Source: Methanobacteriota archaeon (GTDB taxonomy: Archaea > JAADCQ01 > Methanopyri > Methanopyrales > Methanopyraceae). Taken from it: a stretch of 64,000 bases of DNA. The stretch spans positions 160,001 to 224,000 of the forward strand of contig JAMOPO010000027.1 of the NCBI GenBank assembly GCA_027064425.1, in the 5' to 3' direction. Below, one piece after another: positions 46,110-54,657 of the stretch. The first letter of the stretch is position 1. Every line of letters begins with the position of its first letter. The translations under genes and the position numbers were made by a program. A model generated the notes under the pieces. It was not told the origin of the DNA. It did not search any database and saw nothing but the letters and a program-made list of their open reading frames with translations.

Positions 46110-46900
46110 AGCCGCCCGAGCCCCGGGAGCTGGAGGTGTACTCCAACCTGCGCACGCCGCCCAACGCGCACCTGGTCCTGCGCGTGGACGGACGGGCGTT
46201 TACGAACCTGACGCGCCGGCTGGGGATGAAGAAGCCCTACGATCGGCGGTTCGCGGAGGCGATGGCCGAGACGGCCGTGCGCCTGATCCGGGACTCCGGC
46301 CTCGGCGTCACGCTCGTGTACGGGTTCTCCGACGAGCTCAACCTGCTGATCCCGCGCGACCGGATCCCGTTCTCCGGCCGGGTGGAGAAGCTCACCTCCG
46401 TCTCCGCTTCCTGCGCGGCCAGCTACCTGCAGGGCGCGCTGAGGGAGCACTTCGGGGATAGGGTGTTCGAGGAGACGATCTCCTTCGACTCCCGGTGCGT
46501 GGTCCTCACGGAGGACGACGTGATCCGGTACTTCAAGTGGCGGCAGGATGAGGCCTGGCGGAACCACCTGAACTCGTACGCGTACTGGGCGCTCAGGAAG
46601 AAGGGCCTCTCGCCGAGGGAGGCCGCCGAGCGACTCCGCGGGATGAAGGCGCACGACGTGCACGAGCTCCTCTTCCACGAGTTCGGGATCAACCTGGGCC
46701 GCACGCCGGTGTGGCAGCGCCGCGGCTTCCTGGCGTACCGGGTGAAGGTGCGGGAGGGCGGGGTCGAGCGGTACCGGGTGACCCGGGACTGGGCCCCGCC
46801 GATGTTCGACGAGGGACCGGGGCGACGAATTTTACGATCGTGTCTCCGGGACGGGTACGTGGAGCTGGACTCGGTGCCTGGGGGTGAGGAGGAGTCATGA
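46106..46900 (+). CDS. thg1: tRNA(His) guanylyltransferase Thg1-like protein
   Basis: RVDGRAF, KPYD..F, FSDELNL, FSGRVEKL, FDSR, YFKWRQ, WQRRG. Confidence 0.92.
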   Translation: MKPPEPRELEVYSNLRTPPNAHLVLRVDGRAFTNLTRRLGMKKPYDRRFAEAMAETAVRLIRDSGLGVTLVYGFSDELNLLIPRDRIPFSGRVEKLTSVSASCAASYLQGALREHFGDRVFEETISFDSRCVVLTEDDVIRYFKWRQDEAWRNHLNSYAYWALRKKGLSPREAAERLRGMKAHDVHELLFHEFGINLGRTPVWQRRGFLAYRVKVREGGVERYRVTRDWAPPMFDEGPGRRILRSCLRDGYVELDSVPGGEEES

Positions 46901-47448
46901 TCAACCTGTTGGTCATGGGCGACGCGCACATCCCGGAGCGCGCGCAGGAGGTGCCGCAGCCGCTGAAGGAGAAGATCGAGCAGCTGGCCCCGGTGGACGT
47001 GGTCATCTCGCCGGGGGATTACACGTCGGAGGACGTAGTCGAGTGGATGTCCTCGCTGGGAGAGAAGGCACTCATGGTGACCGGCAACTGCGACTTCGGG
47101 CTGCCGCTACCGAACCGGGTGACGGAGGAGCTGGAGGACCTGAAGGTCGTGGTGGACCACGGGAGCGGGGTGCACCCGCGCGGAGACCCGGATCAGCTGG
47201 CCTCGATCGCGGAGGAGGAGGGCGCCGACGTGATCTTCACGGGCCACACGCATCGACCCGAGTTCAAGGAGCACCGTGAGAAGCTGATCGTGAACCCGGG
47301 CAGCCTCACGGGCGTGCCCTCGGGCGGTGGGACGAGCCCGGGCCCGTCGTTCATGTACGGGACGATCGACGGGCGGGAGGTTTGGATCAAGCTGTACCTG
47401 CTCGAGGGGGACGAGCTGAAAACGGAGGAGTTCGAGGCGGAGCTGTAG
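46897..47448 (+). CDS. YfcE/Vps29-like metallophosphoesterase
   Basis: GDAHIP, GD, GNCD, HG, GHTH, NPGS. Confidence 0.88.
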   Translation: MINLLVMGDAHIPERAQEVPQPLKEKIEQLAPVDVVISPGDYTSEDVVEWMSSLGEKALMVTGNCDFGLPLPNRVTEELEDLKVVVDHGSGVHPRGDPDQLASIAEEEGADVIFTGHTHRPEFKEHREKLIVNPGSLTGVPSGGGTSPGPSFMYGTIDGREVWIKLYLLEGDELKTEEFEAEL

Positions 47449-47458
47449 GGGAGGCTCC

Positions 47459-47920
47459 GTGACTCGGACCTACCTGGTCTTCGACGTCAATCGGTACCGG
47501 AGGCTGGCCGAGGAGGTCGTCCGGGACGGGGACGTGGTCGTCGAGGTGGGCGCGGCGGCGGGAGACACCACCGTTCGGCTCGCGGAGCGGGCCGAGCTGG
47601 TGATCGCGTTCGAGAAATCGGACGAGATGTACCGGAAGCTGCTCGACCGGGTGGAGAACCTGGACAACGTCGTCCCGCTCCACGAGGACGGGTTCCGGCT
47701 TGGGGAGGTGCTGGAGCGGACGGACCGGGTCGACGCCGTGTTCATCGACGTGGGTGGGGGCGCCCAGCCCCGCCTCGCGCTCGCGCTATGGGAGGCTTAC
47801 TACGTCCGGTTCCGGCCCCGAGTCATGGTCGTCCGTAACCGGCGCCTCTGCCGGCTGGTTCGGACCGTGGAGGAAGTGGAGGACGTCGAGGCGGACGCCG
47901 AGGGCGATGAGGAGGTATAG
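47459..47920 (+). CDS. Class I SAM-dependent methyltransferase
   Basis: VVEVGAAAGDTT motif I, AFEK, VFIDVGG. Confidence 0.75.
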   Translation: MTRTYLVFDVNRYRRLAEEVVRDGDVVVEVGAAAGDTTVRLAERAELVIAFEKSDEMYRKLLDRVENLDNVVPLHEDGFRLGEVLERTDRVDAVFIDVGGGAQPRLALALWEAYYVRFRPRVMVVRNRRLCRLVRTVEEVEDVEADAEGDEEV

Positions 47921-47959
47921 CCGCCCCCGACGCGTGATGGGGAGGGCACTCGGGACCGA
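47907..47959 (+). ncRNA. Candidate box C/D guide sRNA (first of a tandem pair)
   Basis: ATGAGGA-13nt-CCGA-6nt-ATGGGGA-12nt-CCGA. Confidence 0.55.
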
Positions 47960-47973
47960 GCCGCGGGAAGACG

Positions 47974-48023
47974 ATGGGGAGGTAGGACCCCGCTGAGGGG
48001 ATGATGAGGACCGTTCCGCCCGA
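47974..48023 (+). ncRNA. Box C/D guide sRNA (second of a tandem pair)
   Basis: ATGGGGA-12nt-CTGA-4nt-ATGATGA-12nt-CCGA. Confidence 0.68.
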
Positions 48024-48911
48024 CTACAGCTCCTCCTTGACTCGCTCCGCCAGCTCCTGGAAGGCCTCAGCCGCCCGCGAGTCCGGGGCCGCGAGCACCA
48101 TCGGCTTGCCCTCCTCCTCGGACCTCAGCTTCGCCTCCGGGTCCAGCGGGATCCTGGCCAGCACCTCCACGCCCAGGCGCTCCGCCAGCTCCTCCGAGTG
48201 ATCCTCCGTGAAGTACTCGATCAGCGAGTCGCACTCCGGGCAGATGATGCCGTGCATGTTGCTGACGACGCCCAGCAGGTTCCCGTCCATTCGCTTCACC
48301 GCCTCGCCCGCCTTAACCACGTCCGAGTGCGCCATGGACTCGGGGCTCGTTACCAGCAGCACGTTCCGAGCCCGCTCCGGCAGCATCTCCAGGCCCGTCA
48401 TGATCTCGTCACCGGTCCCCGGCGGCATGTCGACGATCAGGTAGTCCAGGTCACCCCACTGCGTTTTCACCAGCACCTCCCGGATGAACCCGGACTTCCG
48501 GGGCCCTCGCCAGAGCACCGGTAGGTTCCTGTCCTCAAGCATCGTCCCGATCGAGACCACCTTTACGTCCCGGTAACCCTTCACCGGGAACAGCCCCGCG
48601 GGCGACGCCTGCGGGGGCCTGTCCACCCCCAGCTGCTCCGGCACGTTCGGGCCGTGGATGTCCAGGTCCAGCACACCCACGTCCGCATCCTCAGCCAGGC
48701 AGAGCGCGAGGTTCACCGTCACCGTCGTCTTGCCGACGCCGCCCTTACCGCTCATCACGACCAGCACGTGCTCCACGTTCTCGAGCCGCTTCTCGATCTC
48801 CTCCTTCTCCCGCTCGATCTGCTTCCGGATCTCCTCACGGCTCGGGTGATGATGCGGGTGAGGAGGCTTCGCCTCCTCAGCCTTCTCCTCGGCCTCGGAC
48901 TCCTCCGCCAA
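48024..48911 (-). CDS. Mrp/NBP35 Fe-S cluster carrier ATPase
   Basis: SGKGGVGKTT, DLDIHGPN, WRGP, DMPPGTGD, NM...CPEC; start uncertain (TTG 48911). Confidence 0.9.
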   Translation of the reverse strand: MAEESEAEEKAEEAKPPHPHHHPSREEIRKQIEREKEEIEKRLENVEHVLVVMSGKGGVGKTTVTVNLALCLAEDADVGVLDLDIHGPNVPEQLGVDRPPQASPAGLFPVKGYRDVKVVSIGTMLEDRNLPVLWRGPRKSGFIREVLVKTQWGDLDYLIVDMPPGTGDEIMTGLEMLPERARNVLLVTSPESMAHSDVVKAGEAVKRMDGNLLGVVSNMHGIICPECDSLIEYFTEDHSEELAERLGVEVLARIPLDPEAKLRSEEEGKPMVLAAPDSRAAEAFQELAERVKEEL

Positions 48912-48960
48912 GACCACACCCCCGTTAGGGTCGCCTAAGTCCGGCCCTCGGGCCCCGGAT

Positions 48961-49842
48961 TTAACCCCCACGGAGGCGCTCGCCCACCGTCGATCGGCCG
49001 ATAAGGACCAATCGCCGGTACCCCAGCCGGCGCGCCCACTCGCCGCACTCCGGCACCTCCGCGCGGCCGAAGGTCAGCGACTTGACCAGGTCACCCAGCG
49101 CTCCACCCGTCAGCACGTCCCACACCGCGTCCATGAGCGTGGGTTCCTCGATGCCCAGCTCACGCTCCAGGTACTCCCGGAGCCGCGGCTCCACCCGGAA
49201 CCGGTACCACGCCCCGGCGAGCGTGAACGCGGTCAGGAAGACGAGCGCCCCCACCGGGTCGCCCCGCGTCGCCGCCAGCAGCCCCGCCACCGCCAGCGAC
49301 GAGTTCCCACCGTCCCCCAGCATCGCCCGGCCGCGCAGGTCCAGCGCCACGTACGGGGCAAGTGCGGCCCACAGGACCAGCGCGGAGGTGGGGTCAAGGG
49401 TTCCCAGCGGGAGGCACGCCAGCGTCGCCACCGCGAGCGCGAAGGTGAACGCACGGGGCTGCGTGTCCACGATGTTGGCCGGCTGAGGCAGGAACCCGGC
49501 CACCAGCCCCGTGACCGGCCCGTGGTGGTACCAGCACCACGCCAGGACCAGCAGCATGGCCAGCCCGCGCGCGAGGTGCCCCACCTCCACGCCCAGCCGG
49601 GTGAACCGGCGGCCGAGGGCGTCGTCGACGAACCCCAGGGCGGCGAGAATCGCCACCGGAACGCCACCCTCCGGGACCAGGCCGGCGTAGACCAGCGCGG
49701 GGACGATCCCCACGCCCCTCGGGGTCCCGCCGCGCACGGGCTCGTACAGGGGCCCGTCCACCAGGCGGAAGAGGCGAGCGGTGGTCAGCGTGCCGGCGGC
49801 GGAGGCTCCCAGGGCTAGGAGGGCTGGGTGCACCCCACCCAC
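48961..49842 (-). CDS. MraY-like (glycosyltransferase family 4) membrane protein, pseudomurein-type
   Basis: GGTPRGVG, GFVDD, NIVD, MLGDGG motifs in a multi-TM protein. Confidence 0.72.
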   Translation of the reverse strand: MGGVHPALLALGASAAGTLTTARLFRLVDGPLYEPVRGGTPRGVGIVPALVYAGLVPEGGVPVAILAALGFVDDALGRRFTRLGVEVGHLARGLAMLLVLAWCWYHHGPVTGLVAGFLPQPANIVDTQPRAFTFALAVATLACLPLGTLDPTSALVLWAALAPYVALDLRGRAMLGDGGNSSLAVAGLLAATRGDPVGALVFLTAFTLAGAWYRFRVEPRLREYLERELGIEEPTLMDAVWDVLTGGALGDLVKSLTFGRAEVPECGEWARRLGYRRLVLIGRSTVGERLRGG

Positions 49843-50966
49843 CCCGAGGCGATCCGGGAGAGGGTCTCAGGCAGCTCCTCCAGCCGCTCCGGACCCACGA
49901 CCACCTCGCAGTCGGCTCGAGCCGCCACCTCCCACGTGGTCACACCGTCGATGAACGAGCCCAGCTCGACGGAGATCCGGGGCACGATCGCGACGTCCAC
50001 GTCGCTCCCCTTCAGCTCCCGGATGACGTCACGGCCCGTGAGCAGCCCCGCGCAGCGGATGTTCCCGCCGAAGTACCGGTTCCGAACGATCACGGGCTCG
50101 AGCACCCGATCCTCCAGCTCGGCGTTGACCCGCTCGCAGAGCTCCCGGATCACGGGTCCGAAGGCCTCGCCCGTGACGAGGCCCACGCGCAGCTCCAGCC
50201 CCTCTACCGCCCGCGCGCACTCCCGGGCCACCCGCTCGAGCTCGGGCCGGAACCGCTCCTCCGGGAGCAGGCTGTCGCAGGGGACCACGTCGAGGTCGAG
50301 CTCCTCGTCGAGCCGCCGGCAGACCTCCCACACCCACCGCTCCTCCTCGCGGGTGAGCGGCCTCAGCCCGCCCCGGTGGTACCTGGTCAGACCGACGGGA
50401 ATGACCACGCACTTGCGGAGCCCCCAGTCGTCCAGGTCCCGGAGGGTCCGGGGCAGGCTGCGCAGGTTGTGACCGGGCACGAGCACGACGTTGGCGACGG
50501 TGTCGATCTCCTCGGCCGACCGGCGGACGAGCGCCAGCACCCGCTCCGCCCGGTCGACGGACTCTCGGGTCAGGGAGGCCCGCTCGCGCGGGTCGGTGGA
50601 CATCAGGTGGAAGTCCAGCTGGTCCAGGTGCCTCAAGAGCACCTCCAGCCGGCGCTCGGTGAGTCCCTTCCCGGAGGTGATCAGCTTGAGCGGCAGCGGC
50701 CTCCGGGACTCCACGAGCTCCCTCGCCCGGCGGAGCACGTCCTCCAGCCGCGGGTGGTTCACGAGGTCGGAGGGGTACAGGGAGAGCTCGCTCACCACGA
50801 GCCGCTCACGCGCGTCGGGTGGCAGCTGGGTCGCGTAGCAGTGGCGGCAGGTGGGCCGGCAGGGGGGCGTGGGATCGTCGGGCGGGCCGTGGGACTCGAC
50901 CAGCCAGGTGACCTCTCCGTCGTAGTCGAGGTGCTTGGTCACCCACTCGGTCTTGCGCCCGCTCAC
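49815..50966 (-). CDS. DUF512 family putative radical SAM Fe-S protein
   Basis: CRPTCRHC, VLVPGHN, IPVGLTRY, NRYFGGNI..AGLLTGRD; GTG 50966 overlaps the upstream stop. Confidence 0.78.
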   Translation of the reverse strand: MSGRKTEWVTKHLDYDGEVTWLVESHGPPDDPTPPCRPTCRHCYATQLPPDARERLVVSELSLYPSDLVNHPRLEDVLRRARELVESRRPLPLKLITSGKGLTERRLEVLLRHLDQLDFHLMSTDPRERASLTRESVDRAERVLALVRRSAEEIDTVANVVLVPGHNLRSLPRTLRDLDDWGLRKCVVIPVGLTRYHRGGLRPLTREEERWVWEVCRRLDEELDLDVVPCDSLLPEERFRPELERVARECARAVEGLELRVGLVTGEAFGPVIRELCERVNAELEDRVLEPVIVRNRYFGGNIRCAGLLTGRDVIRELKGSDVDVAIVPRISVELGSFIDGVTTWEVAARADCEVVVGPERLEELPETLSRIASGWVGCTQPS

Positions 50967-52957
50967 GCCTCCCCCTCCCGCCGCACGCGCTCTCGCAGCT
51001 TCTTGATCAGGTCGTAGACGACCGCCAGGTAGTGCTCGGCCAGCCGCGTCGACGGCTCGGGGGCGCCGGATGGCCACGAGCAGTGCGGGAGCCGCAGGTT
51101 CGAGGGCTCCTCGCGCTCGAGCAGTCGCCGAGCCTCCCGGACGACGTCGTCCCACTCGAGCAGGGGCATGACGGCGGGCGGCGACTCGTACAGGAGCAGG
51201 TAAGGGGGCCGCTCGGCGTCCTCCTCCGGGAGCTCCGCGTACACGGGCGCGTGCACGTAGTGGCCCACGAGCGTTAGCGGGGCGCCGGCCACCATCTTCA
51301 GCGCGTAGGTCAGGGCGTGCAGGGCGAGCTCCGCGGAGCTGACCCGCTTGGACGAGCCGAGGCCGGGATCGGTGAGCCGGACGTAGAAGGCCCGGACGCG
51401 GACGGACAGCTCGCCGGTCTCCAGGATGATGGGGCGCTCGCGCTGATCGGGCGGGGGGACGAGCGCCGTAGCCGTCCAGCGGAGGCGGATGTGGCCCAGT
51501 CCGCAGTCCTCCGGCCCCTCCTCCGCCGTGATCTCGATGCGCGGGTAGGGCCACCATCCCTCCTCGATGAGCTGCCGCACGGAGGGGTCGTACTCGTCCA
51601 CCGGCAGGGCGGGGATCGACCGGCTCTCCTCGTCGGGCGGGCCCGTCACGATCCAGATGTCACCCCGGTACCGGAACGCGCAGCCGGGTGCCCAGGACCG
51701 GGGCACGTCCTCCGGGTCCAGCTGGTCCCGTAGAACCCTCCGAGGGTCGTCCTCCCGGACCACCCGGTACGTCTCACGCTCCCCGTAGAACGACTGCGCC
51801 GGGTTCTCCGCGGGCGGCGCGGAAACGGGGGATCGGTGGTCGGCCAGGATCCGCTCCACCTGACCCTCCAGGTACGCCCGCCGGAACCGGGATCTTGAGG
51901 ATAGGACGAACCTAGTCCAGGGATCGGCCGGGAAGATGATGGACTCGGCCGGCTGACCGCGCCGCCCGGCCCGCCCCTCGCGCTGCCAGAAGTCGGAGAC
52001 CTTCTCCGGGAGGCCGTAGTGGATGATCCGGGAGACGGAGCCGATGTCGATGCCCACCTCCAGCGTCTTCACCGTGAGCATGACCGGGACCCGGGTCTTG
52101 AACTCCCGCTCCGCCCGCCACCGCTCCTCGCGGGGCAGGGCGCCGTGGTGGATCGTGATCCGGTCCTCCAGCCCGAAGCGCCGGCGGAGGATCTGGTACG
52201 CGTGCTCCACCTGGGCGCGGGAGCGCAGAAAGACGAGCGTCTTCACGCCCTCCTCGGCGCACTCGGCGATCTCGCGCAGCAGGTCCCGGAAGGAGCCCGA
52301 CTCGCGGGCCCGAAAGGTTCGAGGGGCCATCCTCCCGCGCCCTCTCACGTGCACGCAGCGCTCCCCGGTCGCCCGCTCCACCTCGCGGCAGAAGCGGCGC
52401 GGGCGTCCCACGGTGCCGGACATGAAGAGGTGGCGCCGGTCGGAGAGCGCGCGGACGATGCCCAGGAGCAGGTTGGCCTGCCGTGGGTCGTAGAAGTGCA
52501 CCTCGTCCCAGACCAGGCAGGCGGCGCGCTCCCGGAGGAACCTCCAGAACGGTAGGTTGTTCCGGGCGTGGATCCAGATCATCTGGGGGTTGGTGAGCAC
52601 GAGCTCGGCGTCGTCGATGCGCGACCGCCAGCCCGGGTGGTCGCCGTCGGCGATCACGACGTCGAACCCGTAGTCCATCATGCGCTCCGCCTGATCCCGG
52701 GCGAGGGCCTTGGTCGGGTACACGAAGACGGCCGGCTTGAGCTCCAGGTGCTCGACCGCGGCCAGGGCCGCCTCGGTCTTGCCCGCTCCCATCCCCGCGG
52801 TCAGGAGCACGTTGGCGTCCCGCAGCCGCTCGACCGTCTCGACCTGATGGGTGTACGCGGGCTCGGGCGGTAGCCGGGACGAAAAGTCCGAGAGCCTGGC
52901 GTCGGACTCCTCCGGGTGCTCACCCTCCCACTCCAGCGTCCAGAGCTCCCCGCTCAT
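50963..52957 (-). CDS. SF2 DEAD/DEAH-box helicase (Hrq1/YprA-like)
   Basis: YTHQ, GMGAGKT, YPTKALARDQ, DEVH, TLEVGIDIG, QREGRAGRR. Confidence 0.85.
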   Translation of the reverse strand: MSGELWTLEWEGEHPEESDARLSDFSSRLPPEPAYTHQVETVERLRDANVLLTAGMGAGKTEAALAAVEHLELKPAVFVYPTKALARDQAERMMDYGFDVVIADGDHPGWRSRIDDAELVLTNPQMIWIHARNNLPFWRFLRERAACLVWDEVHFYDPRQANLLLGIVRALSDRRHLFMSGTVGRPRRFCREVERATGERCVHVRGRGRMAPRTFRARESGSFRDLLREIAECAEEGVKTLVFLRSRAQVEHAYQILRRRFGLEDRITIHHGALPREERWRAEREFKTRVPVMLTVKTLEVGIDIGSVSRIIHYGLPEKVSDFWQREGRAGRRGQPAESIIFPADPWTRFVLSSRSRFRRAYLEGQVERILADHRSPVSAPPAENPAQSFYGERETYRVVREDDPRRVLRDQLDPEDVPRSWAPGCAFRYRGDIWIVTGPPDEESRSIPALPVDEYDPSVRQLIEEGWWPYPRIEITAEEGPEDCGLGHIRLRWTATALVPPPDQRERPIILETGELSVRVRAFYVRLTDPGLGSSKRVSSAELALHALTYALKMVAGAPLTLVGHYVHAPVYAELPEEDAERPPYLLLYESPPAVMPLLEWDDVVREARRLLEREEPSNLRLPHCSWPSGAPEPSTRLAEHYLAVVYDLIKKLRERVRREGEA

Positions 52958-52980
52958 GCGAGCACCCCGGGGGGTCGGGG

Positions 52981-54267
52981 TTGCGGAAGCAGCTGCACGT
53001 GGTCGTGCGGGCCAGGAAGGACGCGTCGGCCGTGGAGGCGGCGCTGGAGCGGTACTACCCGGACTGGGAGTGGGAGGTGGACACGGTGCGCGGGGAACGC
53101 GACTTTTCCTGGATCATCGGGATGTGCCGCGAGCTTTTCGAGGATTCAAATGCGTTGTGGAAGGTGCTGCTGCTGGGTCGGAGGACGTACCCGCGCCGGG
53201 CCAGGTCCAGGGCGATGGTGGTGGAGGACTGGGCGGTCGTGAACGTGGGTAAGGCGGAGGTCAGGAACGCCCGGCTGGCCGAGATCGTGGACGCGATCGA
53301 GCTGGGCCGGGCGGCCCCGCGGCTCAGCGTGGCCTTCCGGGGCGTGCCGGAGCTTCGATCGGGGGACGTCGTGGTGGAGGATCAGGACGCGGACGTGTTC
53401 TTACGTTGGGGTCGGTTCGCCGAGTCGGTCGAGGAGGTGACGGGGGTCGAGCTGGAGCCGGGCGCGTACCTTTCGGTTAGGAAGCCCGGGAACCCGCCCG
53501 AGGAGGTGCTCTACGACGGCTCGGGGCGGCCGGTGCTGCGGCTCGTGACGCCGGACGAGGGGGAGCCGGAGGCGGGCCGGCTGGGCGAGGGTGAGCCGTT
53601 CGAGCTCGAGGAGTTCGTCAAGGCCAATGAGGAGGTGTTGGAGGAGCGGTTCGAGGAGTCGCGGGAGTTCCTGCGGGAGCACGTGGAGGAGTACTCGGAG
53701 GTGGTCGTGCCGGTCAGCGGCGGGAAGGACAGCGCGTGCTGTCTGGCGCTGGGTCGCGAGGTTGCGGACGAGCTGGGGCTGGACCTGGTGGCGGTGTACG
53801 TGGACACCGGGTTCGACCTGGGTCGTGAGGTGGTCGATGAGCTGGAGGAGACGCTGGGCGTCGACATCGAGCGGGTGGACGTGTCGGAGGCGTTTCGCCG
53901 GGGGTTGAAGGAGAAGGAGCCGACGCCGGAGGATCGGTGGTGCACGGGGGTGAAGGTGGCCGGGATCCGGAAGGTGGTGAGCAGGCTGGAGGACCCGGTG
54001 CTGGTGGTGGGTGACCGGGACGCGGAGAGCAGGAGGCGCCGGCTGCGGCCGCCGGTGCACGAGAACAGGATGCTGGAGGTGCCGGAGGTGAACCCGCTGA
54101 AGTGGTGGAGCGGCGCCGAGGTGTTGGGGACGCTGTTCAGGCTGGACCTGCCGGTGAGCGAGTTCTACGAGCGGGGGTTCTACCGGCTGGGCTGCTCGGT
54201 GTGTCCGTCGCTGACGTCCTGGGAGCGGGCGCTGCTCGGGGAGGAGGAAACGTTACAAGGTGGTTAA
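52981..54267 (+). CDS. PAPS reductase family protein
   Basis: VSGGKDS, RWCT..K, GDRDAES..R, YERGFYRLGC..CP. Confidence 0.85.
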   Translation: MRKQLHVVVRARKDASAVEAALERYYPDWEWEVDTVRGERDFSWIIGMCRELFEDSNALWKVLLLGRRTYPRRARSRAMVVEDWAVVNVGKAEVRNARLAEIVDAIELGRAAPRLSVAFRGVPELRSGDVVVEDQDADVFLRWGRFAESVEEVTGVELEPGAYLSVRKPGNPPEEVLYDGSGRPVLRLVTPDEGEPEAGRLGEGEPFELEEFVKANEEVLEERFEESREFLREHVEEYSEVVVPVSGGKDSACCLALGREVADELGLDLVAVYVDTGFDLGREVVDELEETLGVDIERVDVSEAFRRGLKEKEPTPEDRWCTGVKVAGIRKVVSRLEDPVLVVGDRDAESRRRRLRPPVHENRMLEVPEVNPLKWWSGAEVLGTLFRLDLPVSEFYERGFYRLGCSVCPSLTSWERALLGEEETLQGG

Positions 54268-54273
54268 CGATTG
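54247..54273. repeat. 27-bp palindromic motif, copy 3
   Basis: GAAACGTTA-CAAGGTGGT-TAACGATTG at the convergent junction with rps10. Confidence 0.6.
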
Positions 54274-54306
54274 CGGGAAGGGCGTTACGCGTCGCCCCGT
54301 GACGGT

Positions 54307-54615
54307 TTACTTCATGATGATCTCGACGTGGACCTCCTCCGGGATGTGAATGCGCATCAGCCGCCGGATGGTCCGCTCGTCACCCTTAATGTCGATCAGC
54401 CGCTTGTGGATGCGCATCTCCCACTTGTCCCAGGTGGCCTTGCCCTCACCGTCCGGGGAGCGCCGCGTGGGCACGATCAGCCGCTTGGTCGGCAGCGGGA
54501 TGGGGCCGGACATCTGGGCTCCGGTCTCCTCGACCACTTTCTTGATACGCTCGCACACCTCCTCGAGCTTCCGGTGGTCGGTGCTGGAGAGCTTGAGCCT
54601 GACCTCCTGGGCCAT
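54307..54615 (-). CDS. rps10: 30S ribosomal protein uS10
   Basis: SGPIPLPT, RSPDGEG..TWDKWEMRIHKRLID. Confidence 0.98.
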   Translation of the reverse strand: MAQEVRLKLSSTDHRKLEEVCERIKKVVEETGAQMSGPIPLPTKRLIVPTRRSPDGEGKATWDKWEMRIHKRLIDIKGDERTIRRLMRIHIPEEVHVEIIMK

Positions 54616-54657
54616 GGGGGACTCACCCGGGAAGAAGTGGTGAGGGGCGTGGAGGGA

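Noticed and set aside
46106-46900. Pyrrolysine readthrough in Thg1, as in some Methanosarcina
   Set aside because: The ORF is continuous with no in-frame UAG.
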